Shown: positions 44,960 to 53,749 of the stretch, in pieces | Layout: each line of letters opens with the position of its first letter | Position numbering within the stretch: position 1 is the first letter of the stretch | Assembly (NCBI GenBank): GCA_035622475.1 | Contig: DASPVF010000045.1 | Location: 1,898 to 65,897, forward strand | Origin: Nitrososphaerales archaeon | Lineage (GTDB): Archaea; Thermoproteota; Nitrososphaeria; Nitrososphaerales; Gagatemarchaeaceae | Length of the DNA: 64,000 nt | Direction of reading: 5' to 3' | Notes under the pieces: model-generated | What the model was told of the DNA's origin: nothing | Databases searched by the model: none | Seen by the model: the letters and a program-made list of their open reading frames with translations, nothing else | Position numbers and translations under genes: made by a program

Positions 44960-46302
44960 TGCTGTCCGTCTCTCACCGGAGGTTCCACACCGCCGAACTC
45001 GTTGCTTTCACCCTGACCGGTCGAGCCTCGAGGGAACAGGTTACACGCCACGAAGTGCCGCGTGCCCAGGCCGGTAAACTCGGGGACCAGGGGCACCGTC
45101 AGGCGCACCCTTATGGTCGCACCGGTCGTGTCGGATTGGCTCGTTATATCTTCCACAGCTCTCAGGGCGAAGTTGGACTGGTTATCTTTCTTTGCGGCGA
45201 CGGCCCTCTTGATGGATTCGACCTGGGATGCGTCCAACGACTCTGACGTGTGTACTTCGAAAGTCTGGTCGTCGATGATCCTGCAGTCGCGACTCTTGAG
45301 CGCCTCGCTCAAACCGGGGAACCCGCTGGACGCCAAGACATCCGAAAGCGACCCGATCGCTTCATCAGGCGACCAACCGCAGTTTCCCAGGGCGGAGGGG
45401 CAGCGCGGGTGGAAACGGCACCCGCCGGGAGGCCTCACAAGGTCGGGGATCTCCCCCTTCAGCAGTATCTTCTCTCGTTTCGTGGTCGGATCGGGGACGG
45501 GAATCGCCGACAGCAGCGCGATTGTGTACGGATGGGCCGGGGAGTTGAACACTGCCTCGGTCTCCCCTTTTTCGACTATCTGCCCGGCGTACATGACGTA
45601 GACCTCGTCTGACATCTGCCTTACCACCGCCAGGTGGTGGGAGATGAAGAGGAAGCTCAGGCCCCGTTCTGACTTGAACCTCTTCAGGAGGTTCAGAATC
45701 TGGGCTTGCACGGAGACGTCCAGGGCAGAAGTTGGCTCGTCCAGGACTATCAGCCGCGGGGACATGGCCAAAGCCCTGGCGATCGCGACCCGCTGGCGCT
45801 GCCCCCCGGACAGCTCGTGGGGGAGCTTCTCCAAGAACTGCTCTCCCAGGCCACACTCCTCGAGGAGTTTTGAAACCTTGGAGTCTATCTCATCCTTGGG
45901 GCGGTAGTGATGGGCTTTCATCGGCTCAGCCACTATCGCCCTGATCGTCATGTGGGGGTCGAGCGAGGAGAACGGGTCTTGGAAGACGATTTGTGTGTCC
46001 TTGCGGAACTCCTTCATCTTGCGCCTGTCGAACCGGTAGATGGAGTATTCCCTTTCGATGGTCCTGGCTTCCTTCGAGCCTGCCGTGAGGGTCCTGTATC
46101 TGTCGATCGAACTCCTAGGGATAAGGAAGAAGGCCGTTCCCTTGCTGGGCTCCATTAGCCTCAGGACGAGCCTCCCCAGCGTTGTCTTGCCGCATCCGCT
46201 TTCGCCGACGAGGCCGACAACCTCGTTCTCACCTATGGTGAGCTGGGCTTCGTCGACTGCGTGGACGTACCTCGTGCCCCCGATTACCTTCTCCCCCTTC
46301 AC
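44956..46302 (-). CDS. ABC transporter ATP-binding protein (OppF-type) with a roughly 105-aa insertion in the C-terminal Cys-rich domain
   Basis: [28 protein letters not shown], and AHPYTIALL. The three Cys of [16 protein letters not shown] are separated from the fourth (HFVAC) by about 107 aa. The true start is probably upstream of GTG 46302. Confidence 0.85.
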   Translation of the reverse strand: MKGEKVIGGTRYVHAVDEAQLTIGENEVVGLVGESGCGKTTLGRLVLRLMEPSKGTAFFLIPRSSIDRYRTLTAGSKEARTIEREYSIYRFDRRKMKEFRKDTQIVFQDPFSSLDPHMTIRAIVAEPMKAHHYRPKDEIDSKVSKLLEECGLGEQFLEKLPHELSGGQRQRVAIARALAMSPRLIVLDEPTSALDVSVQAQILNLLKRFKSERGLSFLFISHHLAVVRQMSDEVYVMYAGQIVEKGETEAVFNSPAHPYTIALLSAIPVPDPTTKREKILLKGEIPDLVRPPGGCRFHPRCPSALGNCGWSPDEAIGSLSDVLASSGFPGLSEALKSRDCRIIDDQTFEVHTSESLDASQVESIKRAVAAKKDNQSNFALRAVEDITSQSDTTGATIRVRLTVPLVPEFTGLGTRHFVACNLFPRGSTGQGESNEFGGVEPPVRDGQH

Positions 46303-46369
46303 AGGAAAGAGCTTGCTCAGATTTTCTGTCTGCAGGAGGACTCGTTGCTCCTGGGCGGGAGGATCGTCT

Positions 46370-47785
46370 TCACTTTTCGTAGAGCCAGCACCTCACGTAG
46401 TGTCCTTCCTTCACAGGGATTGGGGGAGGCATCTGAGAGCACTTGTCGAAGACGAACGGGCATCGGGTGTTGAAGCGGCATCCCGCGGGAGGGTTCATGA
46501 GGTTCGGGACGCTTCCGCGGATCAGGCCCAGAGTCTCGACCTTCCTGTCAGAAGGAGGGATGGCGCTCAGAAGCCCCTTGGTGTAGGGATGCCTGGGGTC
46601 GGAGAACAGGTCTACGATGTCAGCGATTTCCACCAAGTTGCCGGCGTACATTATCCCTACTCTGTCGCAGATCTCAGCTATGACCCCCATGTCGTGGGAG
46701 ATGAACAGGATTGAGGTGTTGAGGTTCGCCTTCAGTTCGCGGAACAGCTGAAGGATCTGGGCCTGGATGGTGACGTCGAGGGCCGACGTCGGCTCGTCGG
46801 CGATGATCAGTTCGGGGCTGGCGGCGATTGCCATGGCTATCATCACACGCTGTCTCATACCTCCGCTCAATTCGTGGGGATACCCTTTGAGGACACTGCT
46901 GATGTTCGGCATCCCTACCATTGAAAGCAGCTCGGAGGAAACGGCCAGGGCCTCCTTCTCCAGGAGCCCAAGGAATCGCGCCCTGAGTATTGGAATCCTG
47001 GCTGGGAACCGATAGGCAGCCGGGATTTTCCCCTGCGCACTTACCCCTCGCAGGAAGGGGAGCGAGGCAGAGTTGACCTCTTGTTTTAGACCTTTGATTC
47101 GCTGGATCTTGCTCCCTTCGCTGATGTCCCTTCTGTAGATGACAGATGTGATCTGTTCCTCAAGTCCGGGGATGTCGTACTTCCCTACCAGTTCCCTGAT
47201 ATTCTCCCTCGAGACTCTCTGATGTGCCAGCGCATCCGCAACTTCGCGCAGCGCCTCCGGGGGGACCGCGTGTCGTGCCAGTATCCTGTTAGAGAGTCTC
47301 GGGAGATCGTGGGTGAGAAGAACCTCAGACACCTGACGCCCAATCGACCTGACAGGATTGAGGGAGGTCATCGGCTCCTGGAAAACCATTGAGATGTGAT
47401 TCCCCCTGATGTCGGCGAGTTCCCTCTCGAGGTTGTTGAGCTTCGCCTTGTTCCTCTTCAGCACCTTGCGATTCTTCTTGCTTACAATCCTGAATTCCTT
47501 GTCAATGTTCTTGGCAAGGTTTGTCCCCCTGAACCATATCTCTCCTTTTTCTATGATACCTGCCTCGGGGGTCAGTCTCATTATCGAAATTGCCGTCTGT
47601 GTCTTTCCACATCCTGTTTCTCCGACGAGGCCGAGCGTCTCTCCAGGCTTCACCTCGAACGAGACGTCGTCTATCGCCTGGATGACTCCGGAGCGGGTGA
47701 CAAAGCTGATCCTCAGCCCGCTGACCCTGAGCAGCTCTTCGCTGCCTGGGGTGTGCTCAGGTTCTGTTTCTTGGATCAAGCGCAT
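46370..47785 (-). CDS. ABC transporter ATP-binding protein (OppD-type) with an expanded helical subdomain
   Basis: [28 protein letters not shown], and RHPYTKGLL plus a 4-Cys tail. 471 aa versus 348-375 aa for the paralogs in this window. Confidence 0.88.
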   Translation of the reverse strand: MRLIQETEPEHTPGSEELLRVSGLRISFVTRSGVIQAIDDVSFEVKPGETLGLVGETGCGKTQTAISIMRLTPEAGIIEKGEIWFRGTNLAKNIDKEFRIVSKKNRKVLKRNKAKLNNLERELADIRGNHISMVFQEPMTSLNPVRSIGRQVSEVLLTHDLPRLSNRILARHAVPPEALREVADALAHQRVSRENIRELVGKYDIPGLEEQITSVIYRRDISEGSKIQRIKGLKQEVNSASLPFLRGVSAQGKIPAAYRFPARIPILRARFLGLLEKEALAVSSELLSMVGMPNISSVLKGYPHELSGGMRQRVMIAMAIAASPELIIADEPTSALDVTIQAQILQLFRELKANLNTSILFISHDMGVIAEICDRVGIMYAGNLVEIADIVDLFSDPRHPYTKGLLSAIPPSDRKVETLGLIRGSVPNLMNPPAGCRFNTRCPFVFDKCSQMPPPIPVKEGHYVRCWLYEK

Positions 47786-48629
47786 CCCTCAGCCCATCGC
47801 CAAGTAGGTTCATCGCAACCGCGAATATGAGAATCGTCACCCCGGGAAAGATTACCACCCAGGGCGCGGAGATCGCATAGGGGAAACCGTCCGATATCAA
47901 CTTCCCCAACTCAGGGAGAAGGGGGTTGGCGGAAGCGAAGCCTATGAAAGTAAGAGCCGCGAACGTCTGGACCACCGTCCCCAAGTCCAATGATATCTGC
48001 ACGAAGACGGGGGTAAGAACGTTAGGCACTATGTGCTTGGTTATGATACCCCAGGAGCCTACGCCGCTCGCCCTCGCAGCTTCGACGTAGGCGTTTTCCT
48101 TAATGGAAAGAGCCTGGCCTCTGGCGTACCTGGCGTACAACGGCCACCAGACGATGACAAGGGCGAGGCTCAATTCGTCCAGGCCGCGCCCCAAGACAAA
48201 CCCCACAGCTATTGCAAAGGGGAGGTAGGGGATGCTTAGGAAGATGTCCGTTATCCTCATCAGGATCTCATCGAAGAACCCCGAATAATAAGCCGCGACC
48301 ACGCCCACCAAAATGCCCACCAGGGCTCCCGCCAGCACGATCACGAACGAATACCAGAGGTCCACCCTTATCGCTGCGACCACCGCCTGGTACAGGTCTA
48401 TCCCTGGGTAAGTCGTTCCGAAGAGGTGCTGCAATGATGGAGGCTGGGGGACAGGGTTGGTGTAGTCGGGGACCTCTGCGTAGGCGTTGACGACGCCGAT
48501 CAGCTGTGGATAGACGGCATCTATGATCGCTATCAGGACGTATCCAAGTACTATCAGCAACCCCGCCGCCGAAGTGACGTTCTCGAACAGGATCCGCAGG
48601 GTCAGTTTGGTCTGGTCGAAGCGCGCCAT
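47757..48629 (-). CDS. ABC transporter permease (OppC-type)
   Basis: 290 aa and polytopic. Tail NLLGDGLRDALDPR. Confidence 0.9.
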   Translation of the reverse strand: MARFDQTKLTLRILFENVTSAAGLLIVLGYVLIAIIDAVYPQLIGVVNAYAEVPDYTNPVPQPPSLQHLFGTTYPGIDLYQAVVAAIRVDLWYSFVIVLAGALVGILVGVVAAYYSGFFDEILMRITDIFLSIPYLPFAIAVGFVLGRGLDELSLALVIVWWPLYARYARGQALSIKENAYVEAARASGVGSWGIITKHIVPNVLTPVFVQISLDLGTVVQTFAALTFIGFASANPLLPELGKLISDGFPYAISAPWVVIFPGVTILIFAVAMNLLGDGLRDALDPRNRT

Positions 48630-48638
48630 GGTTTCTCG

Positions 48639-49706
48639 CTAGTACCTTATCCTCGGGTCGAAGAACCCGTAGAGAATGTCGACGATCAGGTTCGAGAAGA
48701 TGAACGCCAACCCAAAGATCACTGTCCCTCCCATTATCCCGCCGATGTCGCCGCTGATCAGAGCCTCGGTGGTCCAGTACCCGATTCCAGGAAGGTTGAA
48801 GACCGCCTCGATGAGCACGACCCCGCCGAGAAGTCCGGCTATGGTGTACCCGGTGAGGGTTATGACGGGGATCAGGGCGTTTCTCCGGGCGTGCTCGTTT
48901 ATGATGGCGCCCTGTCGCAGACCCTTGGCCCTGGCCGTCCTGATGTAGTCCTGGTTGAGTGTGTCTTCCATGCTCGACCGCATGACCCTGATAATCGATG
49001 CGAGGATGCTGAAGGTGAGGGTGACCACGGGGAGGACCTGGTGTAGCGCGGCGTCTACGAATATGTCTAGGCGTCCATGAATCAGGGAATCGATGAGGAG
49101 GATGTGAGTCGGGTACGAGATCCCGGACGTGAACCAGCTCAGGTTGTTGGTCAGGGCTATGTTTACCGAGCCGCTGATTGGGAAGATGTTCAGGCAGGGG
49201 CAGACGGCCGGGCTGGCGAAGGCGATAATCAGGATCAGCCCAAGCCAGTAGACGGGCATTGAGTATCCTATGAATGAAAAAATCCTTGTCGAGTGGTCGA
49301 CCAGGCTATCCTTCTTTACCGCGGACCATACCCCAACAGGGATTCCTATTATTATCGTGAGAATCGAAGAGAAGGCCGCTAAGATGATGGTGTTCGGCAG
49401 GAAGAGCCCTATCGCTCCGAGGACCGTGCCGGAGTAGATCGGGGTCTGTGTGTACCCCCAGTTGCCCTGAAGGAAGGCGGAAAGCCAGTAGAAGTACTGC
49501 ACGAAAATCGGATCGTTCAGGTGGAACTGTTGCGTGAGGCGCTGCTCTTGCACAGCCACCGGAATCGCGCTGTGGATGTTGACGTATTCCCCCAGGAACC
49601 TCTGGTACCCACCTACGTGGGTCAGTATGAACACGATCAGGGTCAGACCAATCAGGGTAGGGAAAACCAGGATAAGACGCCGGATTATGTAGACCCTGAG
49701 CGTCAA
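48639..49706 (-). CDS. ABC transporter permease (OppB-type)
   Basis: TTG 49706 gives MTLRVYIIRRLILVFPTLIGL, the standard OppB N-terminus. The longer ORF-track N-terminus (to 49886) is Arg/Gly-rich. C-terminus VDILYGFFDPRIRY. Confidence 0.88.
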   Translation of the reverse strand: MTLRVYIIRRLILVFPTLIGLTLIVFILTHVGGYQRFLGEYVNIHSAIPVAVQEQRLTQQFHLNDPIFVQYFYWLSAFLQGNWGYTQTPIYSGTVLGAIGLFLPNTIILAAFSSILTIIIGIPVGVWSAVKKDSLVDHSTRIFSFIGYSMPVYWLGLILIIAFASPAVCPCLNIFPISGSVNIALTNNLSWFTSGISYPTHILLIDSLIHGRLDIFVDAALHQVLPVVTLTFSILASIIRVMRSSMEDTLNQDYIRTARAKGLRQGAIINEHARRNALIPVITLTGYTIAGLLGGVVLIEAVFNLPGIGYWTTEALISGDIGGIMGGTVIFGLAFIFSNLIVDILYGFFDPRIRY

Positions 49707-50019
49707 GCGCCATGCCCCCTCGCCTTCATGGCCTTCGCAGCTTCGACCGGGCTCGTCTCCCCGCCGAAGTCCCGCTCCGCTATGTCGATGGCGTGGGGGA
49801 CCATCGACCCATCCCGTCCATGCCGAGGCGAACGCGCTCTGAGAGGATAAGAAGTGTCTACGTTTCTCGCATGCGAGAATGCACACCCCAGCCGGCCGTC
49901 AGAAGCTCCCTTTGATCGTCTGGAATGTAACTCACGCCGCTGGGCAGCTCTCCAAGTGTCTCGTTGTCCTTGGAGTCCATCACGGCACACCGCCGGAATC
50001 AAGGGTAATGAATCGAGGA

Positions 50020-52704
50020 CTACTTGTTAACGTACACGTACAATAGGTTTCCAGCAGCGTTCAACATAGGACTTTCTTCGTTGGAGTAGCCCGTGAGCCA
50101 AGACCTCCAGAACCAGAACGCCTGCTGGACGTACACGTAAACGTACAGACCCAGGGCTATCGCGAGCCTGTCGCAGATGAGGTAGGCACGCTGTCTTACG
50201 GCCGGATTCGTGCTGGTGTCTCCCAGGGTGATGTTCCCCTGCAGCCACTGGTAGACCTTCGCCTGTGTGTAGGAAGACCCATTGATGGTCACCATCTCGT
50301 TGGGGCCGGCGGGGGTAAGGGCGGTGAAGTTCGCCCAGTTGTTGGCTGGACCGTAGTCGCCGTTGGTCGCGTACATCCCGAAGACGTAGTCGGTCGGGTC
50401 AGGAAAGTCGGGGGCCCAGTTGTCCCAATAGACTCCCTGCGGGTTGGCAGGGGTGAGGTCGGCTATCTGCTCCTCTATTGGTATCTGAATAGGCGTGGCG
50501 GTTATGTTCCCGCCGCTAGCCTGCGACAGGGCGGCAGCCCACTCCTCAGCTGCGGCCAGGTCGGTCGGGTCTGAGGTGTAGACGATTATCGGGACTGCGA
50601 TCTTCATGTCGTGCCAGGCGGAAAGTGAAAAGTTACCTTCGGCGTCCTTCAGGTTCTGCGTGGGGAGGCCCCCGAGAAGGCTGGGGGAGGGCTGGTAAAT
50701 CATGCCGGGAGGAATGATCCCCTGGTAGGGCGCCCCAAAGCTCGCCCCGTACTTCTGGTTACCTAGCAGATCGTTGAGGTAGTTCGAGTAGGGGAAGGTG
50801 TCAACCCAGAGGAGGCGTGTCGGTAGGTCGGCGAAGTAGTTGCTCGGCTCGTTGAAGCCTGGGCCGAACTGGGATGCTTCGGTCGACTTCGTAATGTTGA
50901 TGTTGAAAGTGTAGTACCATTCTTCAAAGCTGGGAAAGTTGTAGATCTTGGCAAGGCCCTGAGATTGCATGCTCTGCAGGACTGGAAAGTCGGAGTTTGG
51001 CAGGAAACTGATGGAATCGGCCTGGCCATCCTGGAACATCAGAAGAGCCGTGTCCGCATTCTTGACCCATTCGATCACCACCGACTTGTTGGACGGAGGC
51101 ATTTCGGGGACCCCCGTGTAATCGGGGTTCGGGACCAACTCTGCGGACTGGCCGGGTAAGTAGGTCTCGATCTTGAAGGGACCAGAGCCGATGGGGCTGA
51201 ACTGCATGTTGATATTGTAGCTCCCTTCGTTCCCAGTTCCCATGTAGGAGGTCCAGTTGCCTTCGCCAAACCCGTCTCCCACGGACGAAGCGTAACTGGC
51301 GTCGACGATTCCACACCCTTCGGGGTCGCTAAGGATCTGGAAAGCGAGGGTGGAGGTCATCGGCCTGTTGAAGTTGATCGTCACCGTGTTAGACTGACTG
51401 CTGTACGAAAACGCCTGGGTGACAGCGCTCCAGGTATTGTTGGTGTAGACAGTCGCGGTCCCGTTCTGGACACCGGGGATTACATACTGGGCTAGGAGCC
51501 ACCCGGGGGTCCCGGGGGTCCCCGCGGTGAAGGCCATGTCTCGCACAAGGCTGAACCAGACGTCGTAGGCTGTAACTGGATCACCGTTAGAAAAGTACTG
51601 GTTGGGCCTGATGCTGAAGGTGTAGACCGAGCCGTTGTCTGTTATCCCTCCGTTCGGAACAGTTGGAAGCGCCGAAGCTACTTCTGGAAAGAAGGAGTCG
51701 GTCGACGACGCCTGATAGGACACCAGAGTCTGGTAGATGTTCATTATGATCTCGAAGCCTATGTTGGCCTCGTCGTCAACCTGGGGGTCGAATGAATAGG
51801 GGCCCCCGGGAACGACTTCGACGGAGGTTATCACATTTGGATTGGTCAACCCGCCGGTGGCTGACAGCACTTCCAGGGGCAGGGCCGTCGTGGTAATTCC
51901 TACAGTCTGATACGTCGTAACGCTCAGCGTCGCGTTGCCAGGTCCCACCGTCTCCAGGGTGAGCGTCACAGGGTACACGCCCGGGTTAGTGTACGTGGCC
52001 GAGACGCCTACATCAGGGAGGCCGGAAGTCTGGTTCGCATCGACAGTGCTTTGGTTACCATTTGCAAAGTTCCACGTGTAGCTGGAGATGGTCCAGTTGC
52101 TGTTGGTCGGGGACTCGAGGTATCCTCCAACGAAACCGACGCTGGTCCCGGCGCTGAATAACGGCGAGGCGCCGGCCTGCGAAGTGAAGCTGATCGTCGG
52201 GATGGCGATGTTAGAAGCCTCAGAGGCAGACACGTTAGACTGAATCTGCAGTGGGAAGAGATTCAGGCTGTTGGTGACCGTCTGCGTTGATGATACAAAG
52301 ATATTCGACTGATACTTGACGGTCGCGCTGACGTAAACAAGGTAGTGTCCTCCCTGTGCGAAGGTGTGCGTCGTGTTGCCTCCGCTCGTCGTTGTATTGG
52401 TCCCGTCACCGAAGTTCCAAACGACAGAGATGATTGAGGCTCCCGAAACGCTGGGTAGCACCGCGAACTTGATGGGGGTGTCGGCGATTCCCACGCTGGT
52501 GGAGGTGGCGAGCCCAATCTTGATGGTCGGGGCCGTAGCCGTCGCGAAGATGAGCACGACTGCAGCTACAACAAGGATGACCGCGAGGATGAGGGCTATC
52601 CACTTGCGGGAAATCGCGCGCCTCTTCAAGAGGGGACCTGTCAGTACCAACCTCTTTCGACGGCGTTTTTCGATTTTCAATATATATGGATTTGGAGATG
52701 ACAC
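50020..52704 (-). CDS. ABC transporter substrate-binding protein, family 5, with two N-terminal PKD-like domains
   Basis: A basic N-terminus plus a TM anchor. WNFGDGTNTT...HTFAQGGHYLVYVSA and WNFANGNQST...YTNPGVYPVTLTLE are PKD signatures. They are followed by an SBP_bac_5-like body. The start is uncertain (52629-52704), because a TATA-like CATATATATTG lies at about 52678-52688. Confidence 0.85.
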   Translation of the reverse strand: MSSPNPYILKIEKRRRKRLVLTGPLLKRRAISRKWIALILAVILVVAAVVLIFATATAPTIKIGLATSTSVGIADTPIKFAVLPSVSGASIISVVWNFGDGTNTTTSGGNTTHTFAQGGHYLVYVSATVKYQSNIFVSSTQTVTNSLNLFPLQIQSNVSASEASNIAIPTISFTSQAGASPLFSAGTSVGFVGGYLESPTNSNWTISSYTWNFANGNQSTVDANQTSGLPDVGVSATYTNPGVYPVTLTLETVGPGNATLSVTTYQTVGITTTALPLEVLSATGGLTNPNVITSVEVVPGGPYSFDPQVDDEANIGFEIIMNIYQTLVSYQASSTDSFFPEVASALPTVPNGGITDNGSVYTFSIRPNQYFSNGDPVTAYDVWFSLVRDMAFTAGTPGTPGWLLAQYVIPGVQNGTATVYTNNTWSAVTQAFSYSSQSNTVTINFNRPMTSTLAFQILSDPEGCGIVDASYASSVGDGFGEGNWTSYMGTGNEGSYNINMQFSPIGSGPFKIETYLPGQSAELVPNPDYTGVPEMPPSNKSVVIEWVKNADTALLMFQDGQADSISFLPNSDFPVLQSMQSQGLAKIYNFPSFEEWYYTFNINITKSTEASQFGPGFNEPSNYFADLPTRLLWVDTFPYSNYLNDLLGNQKYGASFGAPYQGIIPPGMIYQPSPSLLGGLPTQNLKDAEGNFSLSAWHDMKIAVPIIVYTSDPTDLAAAEEWAAALSQASGGNITATPIQIPIEEQIADLTPANPQGVYWDNWAPDFPDPTDYVFGMYATNGDYGPANNWANFTALTPAGPNEMVTINGSSYTQAKVYQWLQGNITLGDTSTNPAVRQRAYLICDRLAIALGLYVYVYVQQAFWFWRSWLTGYSNEESPMLNAAGNLLYVYVNK

Positions 52705-52744
52705 AAACCGCTTTCATTGTGTTTCATCGGCTTCCGGTGAAAGC

Positions 52745-52760
52745 TAGGAGACGTCTCCTA
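52745..52760. promoter_or_regulatory. 16-bp perfect palindrome upstream of the PKD-SBP ABC operon
   Basis: TAGGAGACGTCTCCTA is its own reverse complement. It lies about 40-60 bp upstream of the ORF start and of the TATA-like element. Confidence 0.4.
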
Positions 52761-52959
52761 ACGGGAGGTGTCTTGAGGACCAGAACTGGGGGGTATAGAA
52801 ATTGAAGGCTGTCAAGCCCGCAGTCTGATGATAGAATTCGTCTGGGGTAGTACCAACTTGCCGTTTCTTGGTGACGCTAACAAAGGTCGGAGAAGACGAT
52901 AACCTGTCACAGGCTTTAGCTCAACTCCATTTCGACCCTCTTCACCCCTGCTGGTGATG

Positions 52960-53748
52960 CTAATCTCTCTGAGACGAATGCGCGTGTGCCAGTGCTTTAT
53001 CCACAGTCCAGTCTTCGTGTATTATGCCGGCTATGGCTCGAGTGATGTCCTCCGGATCCTTGTTTTGCCAGATGTTTCTGCCGAAAGCCACCCCCGCTGC
53101 ACCGGCTTCCATCGAGTCCTTGACGACCTGAAGTGCCTGCCTATCCGTCTTCATCTTCAGTCCCCCGAGGACAATGACCGGCACGGGGCAGGACTCCACC
53201 ACATGTCTGAAGGAATCGACACTCCCCGTGTAGAAAGTCTTGATGAAATCCGCTCCAGCCTCGGCACCAATCCGACTGTACTTGGCGATAACGTCCTTGT
53301 CCGTGGGATACGGTATGTGTTCGCTCTTCGTGGGATAAATCTCGGCGAGAAGTGGGAGCCCATGCTTCTTGCACGCTAGCGAAGCGCTCCAAAGACTGGC
53401 CATGATTGCCGAGTCGTCACCGCCATTGATGTTCACAAACAATCTAATCGCATCAGCGCCGAATTTCAGGGCGAGGTCGACGGTGGGGGCCATGTCTTCT
53501 ACGGCGGGCGAGGAGAAGATGAAGCTCGACTTCCCAGCGATGAGGTCCCCGTACCGCTCCGCGATGCCAAGTGTCGTCATAACGGCGTCTGCGCCCCCTT
53601 TGATGACCGCTCTGATAGTTGGACCTGGGTCAACTATTCCTGGAAGCGGACCCATCACAAGCCCATGATCCATAGCTACCACCAAACACTTACCATCGTT
53701 TCTGAATATCCTCTTCATGCGAAATAGCCTCCCAATGCCCGTCGACAT
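52960..53748 (-). CDS. class I aldolase of the DhnA/FbaB family
   Basis: CLVVAMDHGLVMGP, GADAIRLFVNI, and GADFIKTFYTG (Schiff-base Lys context). ATG 53748 lies 1 nt after the upstream TAA. 262 aa. Confidence 0.85.
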   Translation of the reverse strand: MSTGIGRLFRMKRIFRNDGKCLVVAMDHGLVMGPLPGIVDPGPTIRAVIKGGADAVMTTLGIAERYGDLIAGKSSFIFSSPAVEDMAPTVDLALKFGADAIRLFVNINGGDDSAIMASLWSASLACKKHGLPLLAEIYPTKSEHIPYPTDKDVIAKYSRIGAEAGADFIKTFYTGSVDSFRHVVESCPVPVIVLGGLKMKTDRQALQVVKDSMEAGAAGVAFGRNIWQNKDPEDITRAIAGIIHEDWTVDKALAHAHSSQRD

Positions 53749-53749
53749 C

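Noticed and set aside
46040-46714. 224-aa ORF on the plus strand, and similar plus-strand ORFs across 45062-47830
   Set aside because: They are antisense to two ABC ATPase genes with intact Walker and signature motifs.
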